A stretch of DNA of 64,000 bases from a virus. The stretch is taken from positions 1 through 64,000 of the IMG/VR virus record IMGVR_UViG_3300035670_000108; one strand, given 5' to 3'. Shown here piece by piece: positions 45,145-52,416 of this stretch. A program made the position numbers and the translations under genes. The notes beneath the pieces are model-generated. The model had not been told where the DNA came from. It worked only from the letters and a program-made list of their open reading frames with translations, and ran no database searches. Position 1 is the first letter of the stretch. Every line of letters starts with the position of its first letter.

Positions 45145-45579
45145 TCACAGGGTGAAAACCGGCTCCGGCCGAGCAAGGGTGGCCGTGCCCTCGACGTCGT
45201 CAGCCGCCGGCCTCACCCACATCTGGGTCTGGTCGTCCCAGATGAAGCCGGGGATCTCCATGCCGTCGGTCAACGGCTGATCCATGGGGTCGTCGTAGAT
45301 GGGCGATTCCGCGTCCCCGCCTTTCCACTCGGGCGGCAGCAGAGGCTCCACGCCCTCCTCCGCCGGGCCGGGGCAGACCGGATAGCCCAGGGCGTCGAGG
45401 CGTGGCGTGATCGAGGAGCCGGCGACCAGGTACTCGCAGCCGGTGCCCTTGTCGACGAACAGGTTGACGGCCGTCGAGGCGGAGGGATGCCGGTCGAAGC
45501 CGGCACCTACCTGCGCCACGAAAATGGCGCCAAGACCGATCATCAGGATCAAATCGCTCAGCTTGAGGGACGTCGTCAT
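45145..45579 (-). CDS. membrane-anchored or secreted protein (DUF6440-like)
   Basis: N-terminal TM; VD..TGCEYL......TPRLD..G motif; acidic tail. Confidence 0.65.
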   Translation of the reverse strand: MTTSLKLSDLILMIGLGAIFVAQVGAGFDRHPSASTAVNLFVDKGTGCEYLVAGSSITPRLDALGYPVCPGPAEEGVEPLLPPEWKGGDAESPIYDDPMDQPLTDGMEIPGFIWDDQTQMWVRPAADDVEGTATLARPEPVFTL

Positions 45580-46600
45580 TCTTCTGTGCTCCTAGTGCTG
45601 CGTGGGTGAGAGAAAATTTTGTCCTGGCTTGCACCGACAAGGGTGGCGAACCACCCGTCCAAGCTATTGATTTCAAAGGCGGTGTAAAAATTTGGTGTAA
45701 AAAGAGGTCACCAGAATGCCAACCGATATAGCTATAGCTCGGTGGGAATTATGCTGATCTCTTCGCCGGTGCAACCTGGCTCCAGATTCTCATTTGAGAA
45801 CTGGCCCCATTAACCTGCCCATTTTCTAGCCCCGATACACTCCTTGGCACTTCACCAGTCGAAACCACCCCATTCACCTGACTTGCACCTACCTGGCCGT
45901 ATACCTACAAACACACCAGAAAGCGGGAAATTTTACACAGCCCGTTGATCCATTAAGGTTTGAACCTGCAAAGTCTTTGCACCTTCCGCCCTGCAAAAAC
46001 TAGGCGTTCACTGGGCCTTTTTTACTGCATAAATCAAACAGTGGTTTTTTCCCGACGAACGGCCCGTTCTCCGTAAATCTTCAGTGAAGATACATAACTG
46101 TGGAGAGTTTTGAGTCTAATCACCAGTTACTACCTCCGCTTGCAAAAAATGGAAGCGCAGTTGCACCGCCTTTTCGGAATGGCCTATACCGCTTGCACCT
46201 CGACCGTGAGCGATTTTGTCCGTGCAAGCCCGTGGAACATTTTGAGGGCCGTCGAACGGGTGTTTTAGCGCCGAAACGGGCGCAATGGTCGATGACTATC
46301 TGGGGGAATAGTGTGAATTTTGCTGCGAGGGAGGTGCAGAAAATTACACCAGTCGAGAGGACGGGGTGGGTGGTCGAGCAGATCGTTAGCTTGCTCTGTA
46401 GTTCCGCCAAAACACCCCCCTATAAAATAAAATAAAACATGAAATTTTTCTCTCTATATAAGGAAAAACGGGGCTTGCGGCTAGCCACAGAAGAAAAGGG
46501 CCGTATAGGAAAGATTGGCCAACAGTGGGTTATGGAACATTCAAAAATCGAGGGTAAAACTCGACGGCCGTCTTACAGTGAGTTCGCCAGCCGTCGAGAC
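45580..46600. other. ~1-kb AT-richer non-coding region; candidate origin or control region
   Basis: No credible ORF; IHF consensus 45660-45672; GGTGTAAAAA twice; A-tracts; one palindrome copy. Confidence 0.5.
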
Positions 46601-46664
46601 CATTGCTCCCGCCACCCTTGTGCCCAGCACAGGGCGGTCGGAACAGGGCGCCGGGGATCCAGGC

Positions 46665-47042
46665 TCACGCCACCCTTGTGCCCTGCACAGGCCGGGCTCG
46701 ATCCGAACGGACGACGTCGCCCAATGCCGAGGCCCAGTTCAACATGGCTTGGCGCCGGCCTTGTGCGAGGACGTCGTCGCGCTCCAGACCAGGGAGGTAC
46801 TGCCCGGCCTTGCTCATGGCGACCGCACGGGCCATGACGATGGGCATTACGCCGCATCCGGCGGGCAGGATGACGAGGCGGGGCGTACCCTGTACGGGGG
46901 TAGCGGCACAGAGGCGCAGGGCGTCTTCCAGGGCCTTCCTGACGGCATAGCGGGGCTGCCCCTCGCTGAGTGCGGCCCCTTTTACGACGTGGTTGCGGTC
47001 GAGCAGCACGACGGCAAGGCGCAGGTGCAGGGTGTTTTGCAT
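46665..47042 (-). CDS. hypothetical protein
   Basis: AGGAGG SD below repeat 47073. Confidence 0.65.
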   Translation of the reverse strand: MQNTLHLRLAVVLLDRNHVVKGAALSEGQPRYAVRKALEDALRLCAATPVQGTPRLVILPAGCGVMPIVMARAVAMSKAGQYLPGLERDDVLAQGRRQAMLNWASALGDVVRSDRARPVQGTRVA

Positions 47043-47090
47043 GGTGTTGCCTCCTATTGCGGGCAGTGCAAGCTGCAAAGACTTTGCAGG

Positions 47091-47414
47091 TCAGGCGCTG
47101 AATTTGGTGATTTTGTGGACTTGGCTGACGGTGTACATGGGCAGGAGCTGGGTGCGGTCGGTATCGAACCGCACCTGGTCAATCGCCAGGAACCCGTGGC
47201 GCTGGTCAGTAGGCTGGACGGTGAACTCGACGTCGAAGCGCTGGCCACGGCGCAGGCCCCACAGGGTGCGGGCGTCGTGCTCAGTCAGCAGCACTTCCAC
47301 GGTGCGAGGGCGAACGGTGCCGCTGCGCACGTTGAGGGAGACCATGAAATATTCGCGCTGGGCAGCTGGCAGCGGGGTGGCTGCCAGGTCGATACGGTCG
47401 GCTTGCAGTTGCAT
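47091..47414 (-). CDS. hypothetical protein
   Basis: AGGAG SD; bracketed by repeats 47073 and 47433. Confidence 0.75.
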   Translation of the reverse strand: MQLQADRIDLAATPLPAAQREYFMVSLNVRSGTVRPRTVEVLLTEHDARTLWGLRRGQRFDVEFTVQPTDQRHGFLAIDQVRFDTDRTQLLPMYTVSQVHKITKFSA

Positions 47415-47454
47415 GGCGTGGCTCCTGTGGACCTGCAAAGACTTTGCAGGTCGG

Positions 47455-47706
47455 TTAGCGGACGGTGCGGACGTAGACGGGCACGGCCCAGCGCGTGGCG
47501 CCGATCTGCTGGAAGACGGTCTGGGTCTGGAGCCACGGGCGGGCGCAGAGCTGGGGGCGCTGGCGGCGGGCGGAATCCGGGCGATCGATCACGCGGGGAA
47601 TGTAGGGGGCGGATTCGACTTGGTGCTCTGCTGCCAGATGGTTGCAACGGTCGGCGCCATGACCACGGCGGCCAATGTGGGCGAACAGGCGATTGAGTGC
47701 GTGCAT
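47455..47706 (-). CDS. hypothetical basic protein
   Basis: AAGGAG SD; bracketed by repeats 47433 and 47732. Confidence 0.6.
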   Translation of the reverse strand: MHALNRLFAHIGRRGHGADRCNHLAAEHQVESAPYIPRVIDRPDSARRQRPQLCARPWLQTQTVFQQIGATRWAVPVYVRTVR

Positions 47707-47860
47707 GGTGAATCTCCTTTGCTGGATTGGGCTGCAAAGACTTTGCAGCTAGGGGGGCTGCAAAGACTTTGCAGCTAGGGGAAGCGCTTTGCCGTGCGGC
47801 CTGAAAAACAAGCGCGCACGGCAAAGCGCCCCACTAGGGGGCGCTTTTCTGGCGTGGGGT

Positions 47861-48613
47861 TTAGGCCGTTGCTTTTGCCAGTTCGGCCGCTTTCGCTTGC
47901 GATTCGCCCCGGCTTTTCGCATTGGGCTTGCCGGCGGCCGTGTTGCCGCGGCCTCTTTTCTCTGCCTTTTCCAGTGCAGCAGCAGTGCGCCGGTCAATTT
48001 CGGCCGCGATACGCTTATTTAATTCGTGCAGGTCTGCCGAACTGAAGGCTGCGAGTTGTTCCATAATGGCGCCGATAGAATCCACGCGCGGCGCGTTTTT
48101 ATCCGATACCGATACGGCAGGGCCTTTGCCAGTGGCGGCCGGTTTAGAGGCGGCCGGTTTAGCAGGGAAAAGGCGCGCATTGACTGCATTAAGCGCCTTT
48201 TGATCGTGGCCTAGCGCGGCCTTTACTTCGCCTTTCGTCGGCTTTTCCAGAATGATGACGTTTGCTTTACAGGCGCCACGATCAAGCGCGATATAGCAGA
48301 CGGCCGGCCGGGACTCTTCTGCAATGGCGCCCCAAATTTGGCGAACATGCGTGGCGATACTGTTAGCAATGCGTGCCCAGCTCTCGGCGTCAATTTGTTC
48401 TTTTTTGGTCAATTGTTCGGCCAACTGGACAAAAACGCTTTCCAGCGTAGTCCCGATGACCGGCACGGGCGAAGCGAAGAGGGCGCGCACCTGGTCGGCT
48501 AGTTTGCCGCGTGCTTTATCGGCTTGCGTGGCGGCCTGCACAATGGCGGCGGCACTGCCGTTTACTTTTTGAACAGCGGCGGCAACGGCTTTATTTTGGC
48601 TGGTGGTTTGCAT
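47861..48613 (-). CDS. first large gene of the sigma-54 transcript; Ala/Lys-rich hypothetical protein
   Basis: GGAG SD; distinctly lower-GC codon usage. Confidence 0.8.
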   Translation of the reverse strand: MQTTSQNKAVAAAVQKVNGSAAAIVQAATQADKARGKLADQVRALFASPVPVIGTTLESVFVQLAEQLTKKEQIDAESWARIANSIATHVRQIWGAIAEESRPAVCYIALDRGACKANVIILEKPTKGEVKAALGHDQKALNAVNARLFPAKPAASKPAATGKGPAVSVSDKNAPRVDSIGAIMEQLAAFSSADLHELNKRIAAEIDRRTAAALEKAEKRGRGNTAAGKPNAKSRGESQAKAAELAKATA

Positions 48614-48629
48614 GGTATGGACTCCGGTA

Positions 48630-48701
48630 TTAGATAAGGCGAAGAGCGCGAGCGATGAAATAGGCGGCCGGTATGCAAAGCGCGACGATTACTAGTTCCA
48701 T
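48630..48701 (-). CDS. 23-aa hydrophobic peptide (not in ORF track)
   Basis: GAAGGG SD; MELVIVALCIPAAYFIARALRLI. Confidence 0.45.
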   Translation of the reverse strand: MELVIVALCIPAAYFIARALRLI

Positions 48702-48800
48702 GCTGCGGCCCTTCTGTTAGGTTTGCCGGTCTGCAAAGTGTTTGCAGCTTCCGGTCTGGCTTGTGACCGGCTCATAAATGCACCCGGCACGCCCTACACA

Positions 48801-48817
48801 TAGCAGAAGGCGTGCCA
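48801..48817 (-). promoter_or_regulatory. sigma-54 (-24/-12) promoter of the early operon
   Basis: Minus strand TGGCACGCCTTCTGCTA versus consensus TGGCACG-N4-TTGCW. Confidence 0.8.
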
Positions 48818-48836
48818 ACTACGAAAATCCCTTATA

Positions 48837-48849
48837 AATCAATGACTTA
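48837..48849 (+). promoter_or_regulatory. IHF binding site
   Basis: AATCAATGACTTA = WATCAANNNNTTR, about -46 to -58 from the predicted start. Confidence 0.8.
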
Positions 48850-48873
48850 GCAGTTGGCACAGTTTTTGAGAAG

Positions 48874-48911
48874 TGACGTAAATGGTCACAAAGTGCTGAC
48901 AATTTGCGTCA
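48874..48911. promoter_or_regulatory. two TGAC-N7-GTCA dyads; candidate enhancer (UAS) sites
   Basis: TGACGTAAATGGTCA (48874-48888) and TGACAATTTGCGTCA (48897-48911). Confidence 0.5.
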
Positions 48912-48985
48912 CATGACCCACCCCCCACTTTTTGTGCCAACTTTCCCTGGTGCGGCCTACTCCCCTCCTCGCGGTTCCCAGAATT

Positions 48986-49014
48986 TTGCCAATCCCAACT
49001 GTACGGAGTACACT
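48986..49014 (+). promoter_or_regulatory. sigma-70 promoter of the rightward arm, overlapped by TGTACGGAGTACA
   Basis: TTGCCA-N17-TACACT. Confidence 0.7.
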
Positions 49015-49074
49015 GCCACAGGCCCCGCCATTGCCCTCATACACAGGCAATGACCCTTCCCCAGGAGATCGACC

Positions 49075-49557
49075 ATGACCGAGACCACCACCCCCGCCCC
49101 AACCCAGATTGGCGTGCAGCTGCGCTACCGCCTCCCCGGCGCCTCCGCCGACATTGACCTGCTGTTCGTCTCGACCGCTGACAAGGCTGAGCATGTCCGT
49201 GCCCTGCTGGCAGGCGAGCTGGAGCAGGAGCCGGTAGTCGATGCCGCGCCCCTGGCCCCCGCCGCCATGGCCCTGATCAATGCCCTCCACCGCATCCAGG
49301 CCCAGCTCGACGAGGACGAGGCCCGCATGGAGGACGGCGGCATCCACAACCCGATCGCCGGTACCAACATCGCCAGCTCGTGCTTCATCGCCGACCTCCG
49401 CGCCCTGGGCAGCTCGCCCAAGCAGGTGGCCCTGCTGCTGGCCTGCAACACCGGCTTCTACAACACCGACAACAACCCGGAGATCTTCTTCAGCCGTCGG
49501 CGCTTCGCCCCGGCGCCGAACTTCTACGACCTGGCACTCGAGGGGGTCAGTGCATGA
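49075..49557 (+). CDS. hypothetical protein
   Basis: AGGAG SD; codon bias. Confidence 0.75.
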   Translation: MTETTTPAPTQIGVQLRYRLPGASADIDLLFVSTADKAEHVRALLAGELEQEPVVDAAPLAPAAMALINALHRIQAQLDEDEARMEDGGIHNPIAGTNIASSCFIADLRALGSSPKQVALLLACNTGFYNTDNNPEIFFSRRRFAPAPNFYDLALEGVSA

Positions 49558-50591
49558 GCACCAACCTATGGCTGCGCAAGGCCCTCCCCTACCGCCTCAC
49601 CAACGACGTACCGCTGTTCATGGCCCGCGGTCTGCTGGGCGAGTCCAGTTGGGAGGTTCACCAGGAGCTGAACAAGGCGCTCAACCAGCGGCCGGCGCGG
49701 GCGCCCGCGAGCAACGAGCTGAGCACCTATGGCTTCGTCGACCCTTTCCCGCCTCGCGCCATCACCCTGGCTGAGGTCAACGAGGAGCCGACCCTGGAAG
49801 AGACCATCGACGCGCCACCCCTTGCCCAGCTGGTGCGCCCCATCAACAACGGCGAGTTCCTGGTGGTCTGCGCCGAGTACCAGTACCGCGACCTGAAGAC
49901 CCAGGTGATCAAGCGCGAGCTGAAGCTCAAGACCGACAAGATCGAGTTCGAGCAGCAGCGCAAGGTGTACAAGAAAGAGCGCGACCAGCTGAAGGACGAG
50001 ATCGTGCAGCAGCTGTTGCCACGGGCCTTTGTGCTGGCGCGGCGCACCCCGGCGATCATCGACACCCAGCGCGGGGTGATCTGGGTCGGCTCTGGCACGG
50101 CCAAGGCGGCGGAGGATCTGCTCAGCACGCTCAGGGAGTGCCTGGGCAGCCTGCCGATCCGCCCGTACCAGGTGAAGATCGCGCCGTCGGCCTCGTTCAC
50201 TGACTGGGTCCGCGAGGGGAAATGCCCGCAGGACTTCCACCTGCTCGACCTGGCGCTGTTCGAGGACACCAGCGAGGACGGTGGCAAGGTCGGAATGATC
50301 CGCCAGGACCTCACCGGCGAGGCGACCCAGATGGTGGTGGCCGAGGGCAAGATCGCCACGAAGATCGCCATCGCCTACCAGGACAAGGTCAGCTTCGTGG
50401 TCAACGACAAGCTGCAGTTCACCTCCATCCGCTTCGAGGATCTGCTGGCGGATCAGGCCGCCCAGGAGGGTGGCGATGATGCCCACGGCCAGCTGGAGGC
50501 GTCGGCGCTGATCACCGGCAGGACGCTGCGGGATATGCTCGAAGAACTGTCGCTGAACCTCGGCGGCGAAGAAATTCCACAGGGGATCTGA
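49554..50591 (+). CDS. rdgC: recombination-associated protein RdgC
   Basis: W.....YRL, YGFV.P, KKERDQLKDEI...LLPRAF, AEDLLS.LR..LGSLP. Confidence 0.93.
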   Translation: MSTNLWLRKALPYRLTNDVPLFMARGLLGESSWEVHQELNKALNQRPARAPASNELSTYGFVDPFPPRAITLAEVNEEPTLEETIDAPPLAQLVRPINNGEFLVVCAEYQYRDLKTQVIKRELKLKTDKIEFEQQRKVYKKERDQLKDEIVQQLLPRAFVLARRTPAIIDTQRGVIWVGSGTAKAAEDLLSTLRECLGSLPIRPYQVKIAPSASFTDWVREGKCPQDFHLLDLALFEDTSEDGGKVGMIRQDLTGEATQMVVAEGKIATKIAIAYQDKVSFVVNDKLQFTSIRFEDLLADQAAQEGGDDAHGQLEASALITGRTLRDMLEELSLNLGGEEIPQGI

Positions 50592-50592
50592 G

Positions 50593-51063
50593 ATGAACGG
50601 ATATGAGCTGACGCTGGGAATCCTGGGGATTATCGTGATCGGCGTGGTGCTGGGGCTGTTCTGGTGGGGCGTGAATCGCTGGGCAGCTGGAGGGGAGGAA
50701 GCGCGCGAGCGTGAGGATCGCCAGGAGGGGGTCAAGCGCGCTGCCCAGGCAGAGATGGCACGCTCGCGTGGGCCGAAGGTGGTGGAGGGCAAGGTCAGGC
50801 GGGAGCTGTCGCCTATGTACAGGGGCGAGGCACCGGGGAGGTCTGGGTTGTCGGTAGGGGAGGGGGTTCCCCTCCGCCCGGAAAGGGGCCAGGTCTACGA
50901 CCCACTGCACCCCTTGAACCCGATCAGCCCGATTTCACCGTTCAACGTGGGCGATCGCGGGTCTGCAGATTGCGCTCCGAAGCACGACGGCGGGGAGGGT
51001 TACGGCAGTAGCTCGCCGTCCTGCAGCGATAGCAGCAGCTCGTCTCCGAGCAGTAGCGACTGA
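50593..51063 (+). CDS. membrane protein with Ser-rich tail
   Basis: N-terminal TM; PLHPLNPISP; poly-Ser C-terminus. Confidence 0.7.
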   Translation: MNGYELTLGILGIIVIGVVLGLFWWGVNRWAAGGEEAREREDRQEGVKRAAQAEMARSRGPKVVEGKVRRELSPMYRGEAPGRSGLSVGEGVPLRPERGQVYDPLHPLNPISPISPFNVGDRGSADCAPKHDGGEGYGSSSPSCSDSSSSSPSSSD

Positions 51064-51242
51064 CCGATAGGGGTCTTTTCAGGCCCCTATTCGCTGTTTT
51101 AGACCGAAATAGGTCATTTTTCATGCAAAAGACAAGCAAAATCGGTGAAATTGCCTCAAAAACAGGGCAAATCGCCTCGTTTTCGTGCGATTTTACTGCG
51201 TTTTGCTCGATATTTTCTTCGCTCACGGAGGGCTTCTGAGCC

Positions 51243-51932
51243 ATGTCAAACCTTAACTTCGAGCAGAAACAAGCGTGCCGGACCAACCCGCTGGCCGCCT
51301 ACCTCGCCAAACGCATCAACTGGATGATCCTGCTGGTCACCGTGCTCAACCTGTGCACGATCGGCCTCGCAGCGCTGGCGGCGGTATACGGGGCCGGTGG
51401 CACCTCGTCTGAAATCGTCCACGCTCTGCACCTGTGGGCCTTCGGCCTGCTGGCGATCAACCTTCTCAGCGGCCTGGTGCTGATGGCCGAGCTGTTCTGG
51501 ATGCGCCAGCATCAGATCTCGCCTGAGAGCTTCTGCAGTCTGGGAGAGCATCAGCCTCCCGCTGAGGCGGTGGAGGAGTCCACAGACGGATCGTTCCTGG
51601 CCAAGGGTATCAACCACGACTGGCGCGAGTTCGTGCAGGGCGCCCGCCGCTTCGCCAGCTACGCCGGCCGCAACCATGGCGCCGGCCGCACAGCGATGGA
51701 GAAGGAATACAACCGCTCGATGGAGATCCAGGCCAAGGCCCTGGCAGACCTGGTCGAAGCCCTCTCCTTGTCCATCGAGGAGAAACAGCAACTGGGCTTC
51801 CACGGCAGCCAGGTGGGGTTCCGCCAGAAGGAGATGACCACCCGCACGCTGCAGCGGGTCACCCGCACCGCCCAGGAGGCTATCCGGGCTCTGCACGGAA
51901 AAGGCCGGCGCAAGCCCCTTGCCAAATCCTAA
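51243..51932 (+). CDS. two-TM membrane protein
   Basis: Two hydrophobic stretches. Confidence 0.7.
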   Translation: MSNLNFEQKQACRTNPLAAYLAKRINWMILLVTVLNLCTIGLAALAAVYGAGGTSSEIVHALHLWAFGLLAINLLSGLVLMAELFWMRQHQISPESFCSLGEHQPPAEAVEESTDGSFLAKGINHDWREFVQGARRFASYAGRNHGAGRTAMEKEYNRSMEIQAKALADLVEALSLSIEEKQQLGFHGSQVGFRQKEMTTRTLQRVTRTAQEAIRALHGKGRRKPLAKS

Positions 51933-51946
51933 TTGCCCGCTATGAT
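51919..51946 (+). promoter_or_regulatory. sigma-70 promoter of the sRNA
   Basis: TTGCCA-N16-TATGAT. Confidence 0.7.
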
Positions 51947-51952
51947 GGCAAC

Positions 51953-52055
51953 TGACCCCGCCAAGGAAGGCGACGATTTGGCGAGATCGAAGGGTCATGG
52001 AGGGAGCGGAGGCGCCAGGATGGCAGAACGGGGTGGCTAAGCCACCCCGTTTTTT
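51953..52055 (+). ncRNA. putative RsmY/RsmZ/CsrB-like small RNA
   Basis: Own promoter and terminator; five GGA motifs, including CGCC-AAGGAA-GGCG and GCC-AGGAT-GGC hairpins. Confidence 0.65.
52027..52055 (+). terminator. intrinsic terminator
   Basis: AACGGGGTGGC-TAA-GCCACCCCGTT-TTTT. Confidence 0.88.
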
Positions 52056-52116
52056 ATGGACAACTGGTTGCCCAATTGCCATGATAAGTGGGCAATTACC
52101 CACATACGAGGCAACC

Positions 52117-52416
52117 ATGTCCGAGAAACGTAAGCCAGACCTCACCCTGGTGATGCAGCCTGCCAACGGTACGAAGGTCCGCTACGAGATCTTCGACGGC
52201 TCGCAATTCATCGACCGCATGCAGAAGGTGCCCTTCTTCCACGCGGAGAACCCCAACGTCCAGCTGTCCCCGGTCGACCTGGAGAATCACCACTTCGTGC
52301 GCGTGCGCGTGGACGGCGTATGGCTGCCGAAGGGTACCCGGGCGATGTTCCCCATGTGGCGGGTGGCCACACTGTCGGCCCAGCACATGCAGTCCATGCT
52401 CGGGGGTGACGCATGA
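52117..52416 (+). CDS. hypothetical protein
   Basis: GAGG SD before ATG 52117. Confidence 0.7.
   Translation: MSEKRKPDLTLVMQPANGTKVRYEIFDGSQFIDRMQKVPFFHAENPNVQLSPVDLENHHFVRVRVDGVWLPKGTRAMFPMWRVATLSAQHMQSMLGGDA

Larger units (their letters stand above)
28355..48747. repeat. dispersed 17-bp palindrome CTRCAAAG-N-CTTTGYAG, about 19 copies
   Basis: Copies start at 28355, 31743, 33514, 35179, 37488, 39639 (18-nt variant), 40706, 41931, 42443, 43015, 43828, 44480, 45118, 45966, 47073, 47433, 47732, 47758, 48731. Confidence 0.97.

Noticed and set aside
45728-45810. GCTATAGCTC resembling a tRNA 5' end
   Set aside because: No TTC T-arm, acceptor stem pairing or cloverleaf could be built.
46100-46837. 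ORFs 46100-46435, 46120-46410 and 46439-46837
   Set aside because: Atypical codon usage, no convincing SD, mutually overlapping; treated as non-coding.
47732-47774. Tandem 17-mers, or the whole repeat family, as a CRISPR array
   Set aside because: Repeat is only 17 bp, the one short spacer is 9 bp, other intervals are whole genes, and no cas genes are present.
48999-49014. LexA/SOS box
   Set aside because: CTGT-N8 is followed by CACT, not ACAG; the TGTAC-N3-GTACA dyad fits better.
49008-49051. Resemblance of GTACACTGCCACAGGC and the TGCC..GGCA hairpins to the type I-F CRISPR repeat (RNA anti-CRISPR idea)
   Set aside because: Loop lengths differ from the 5-nt Cas6f loop and the CTAAGAAA 3' handle is missing. 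A -10 box and SD-containing dyads explain the sequence better.
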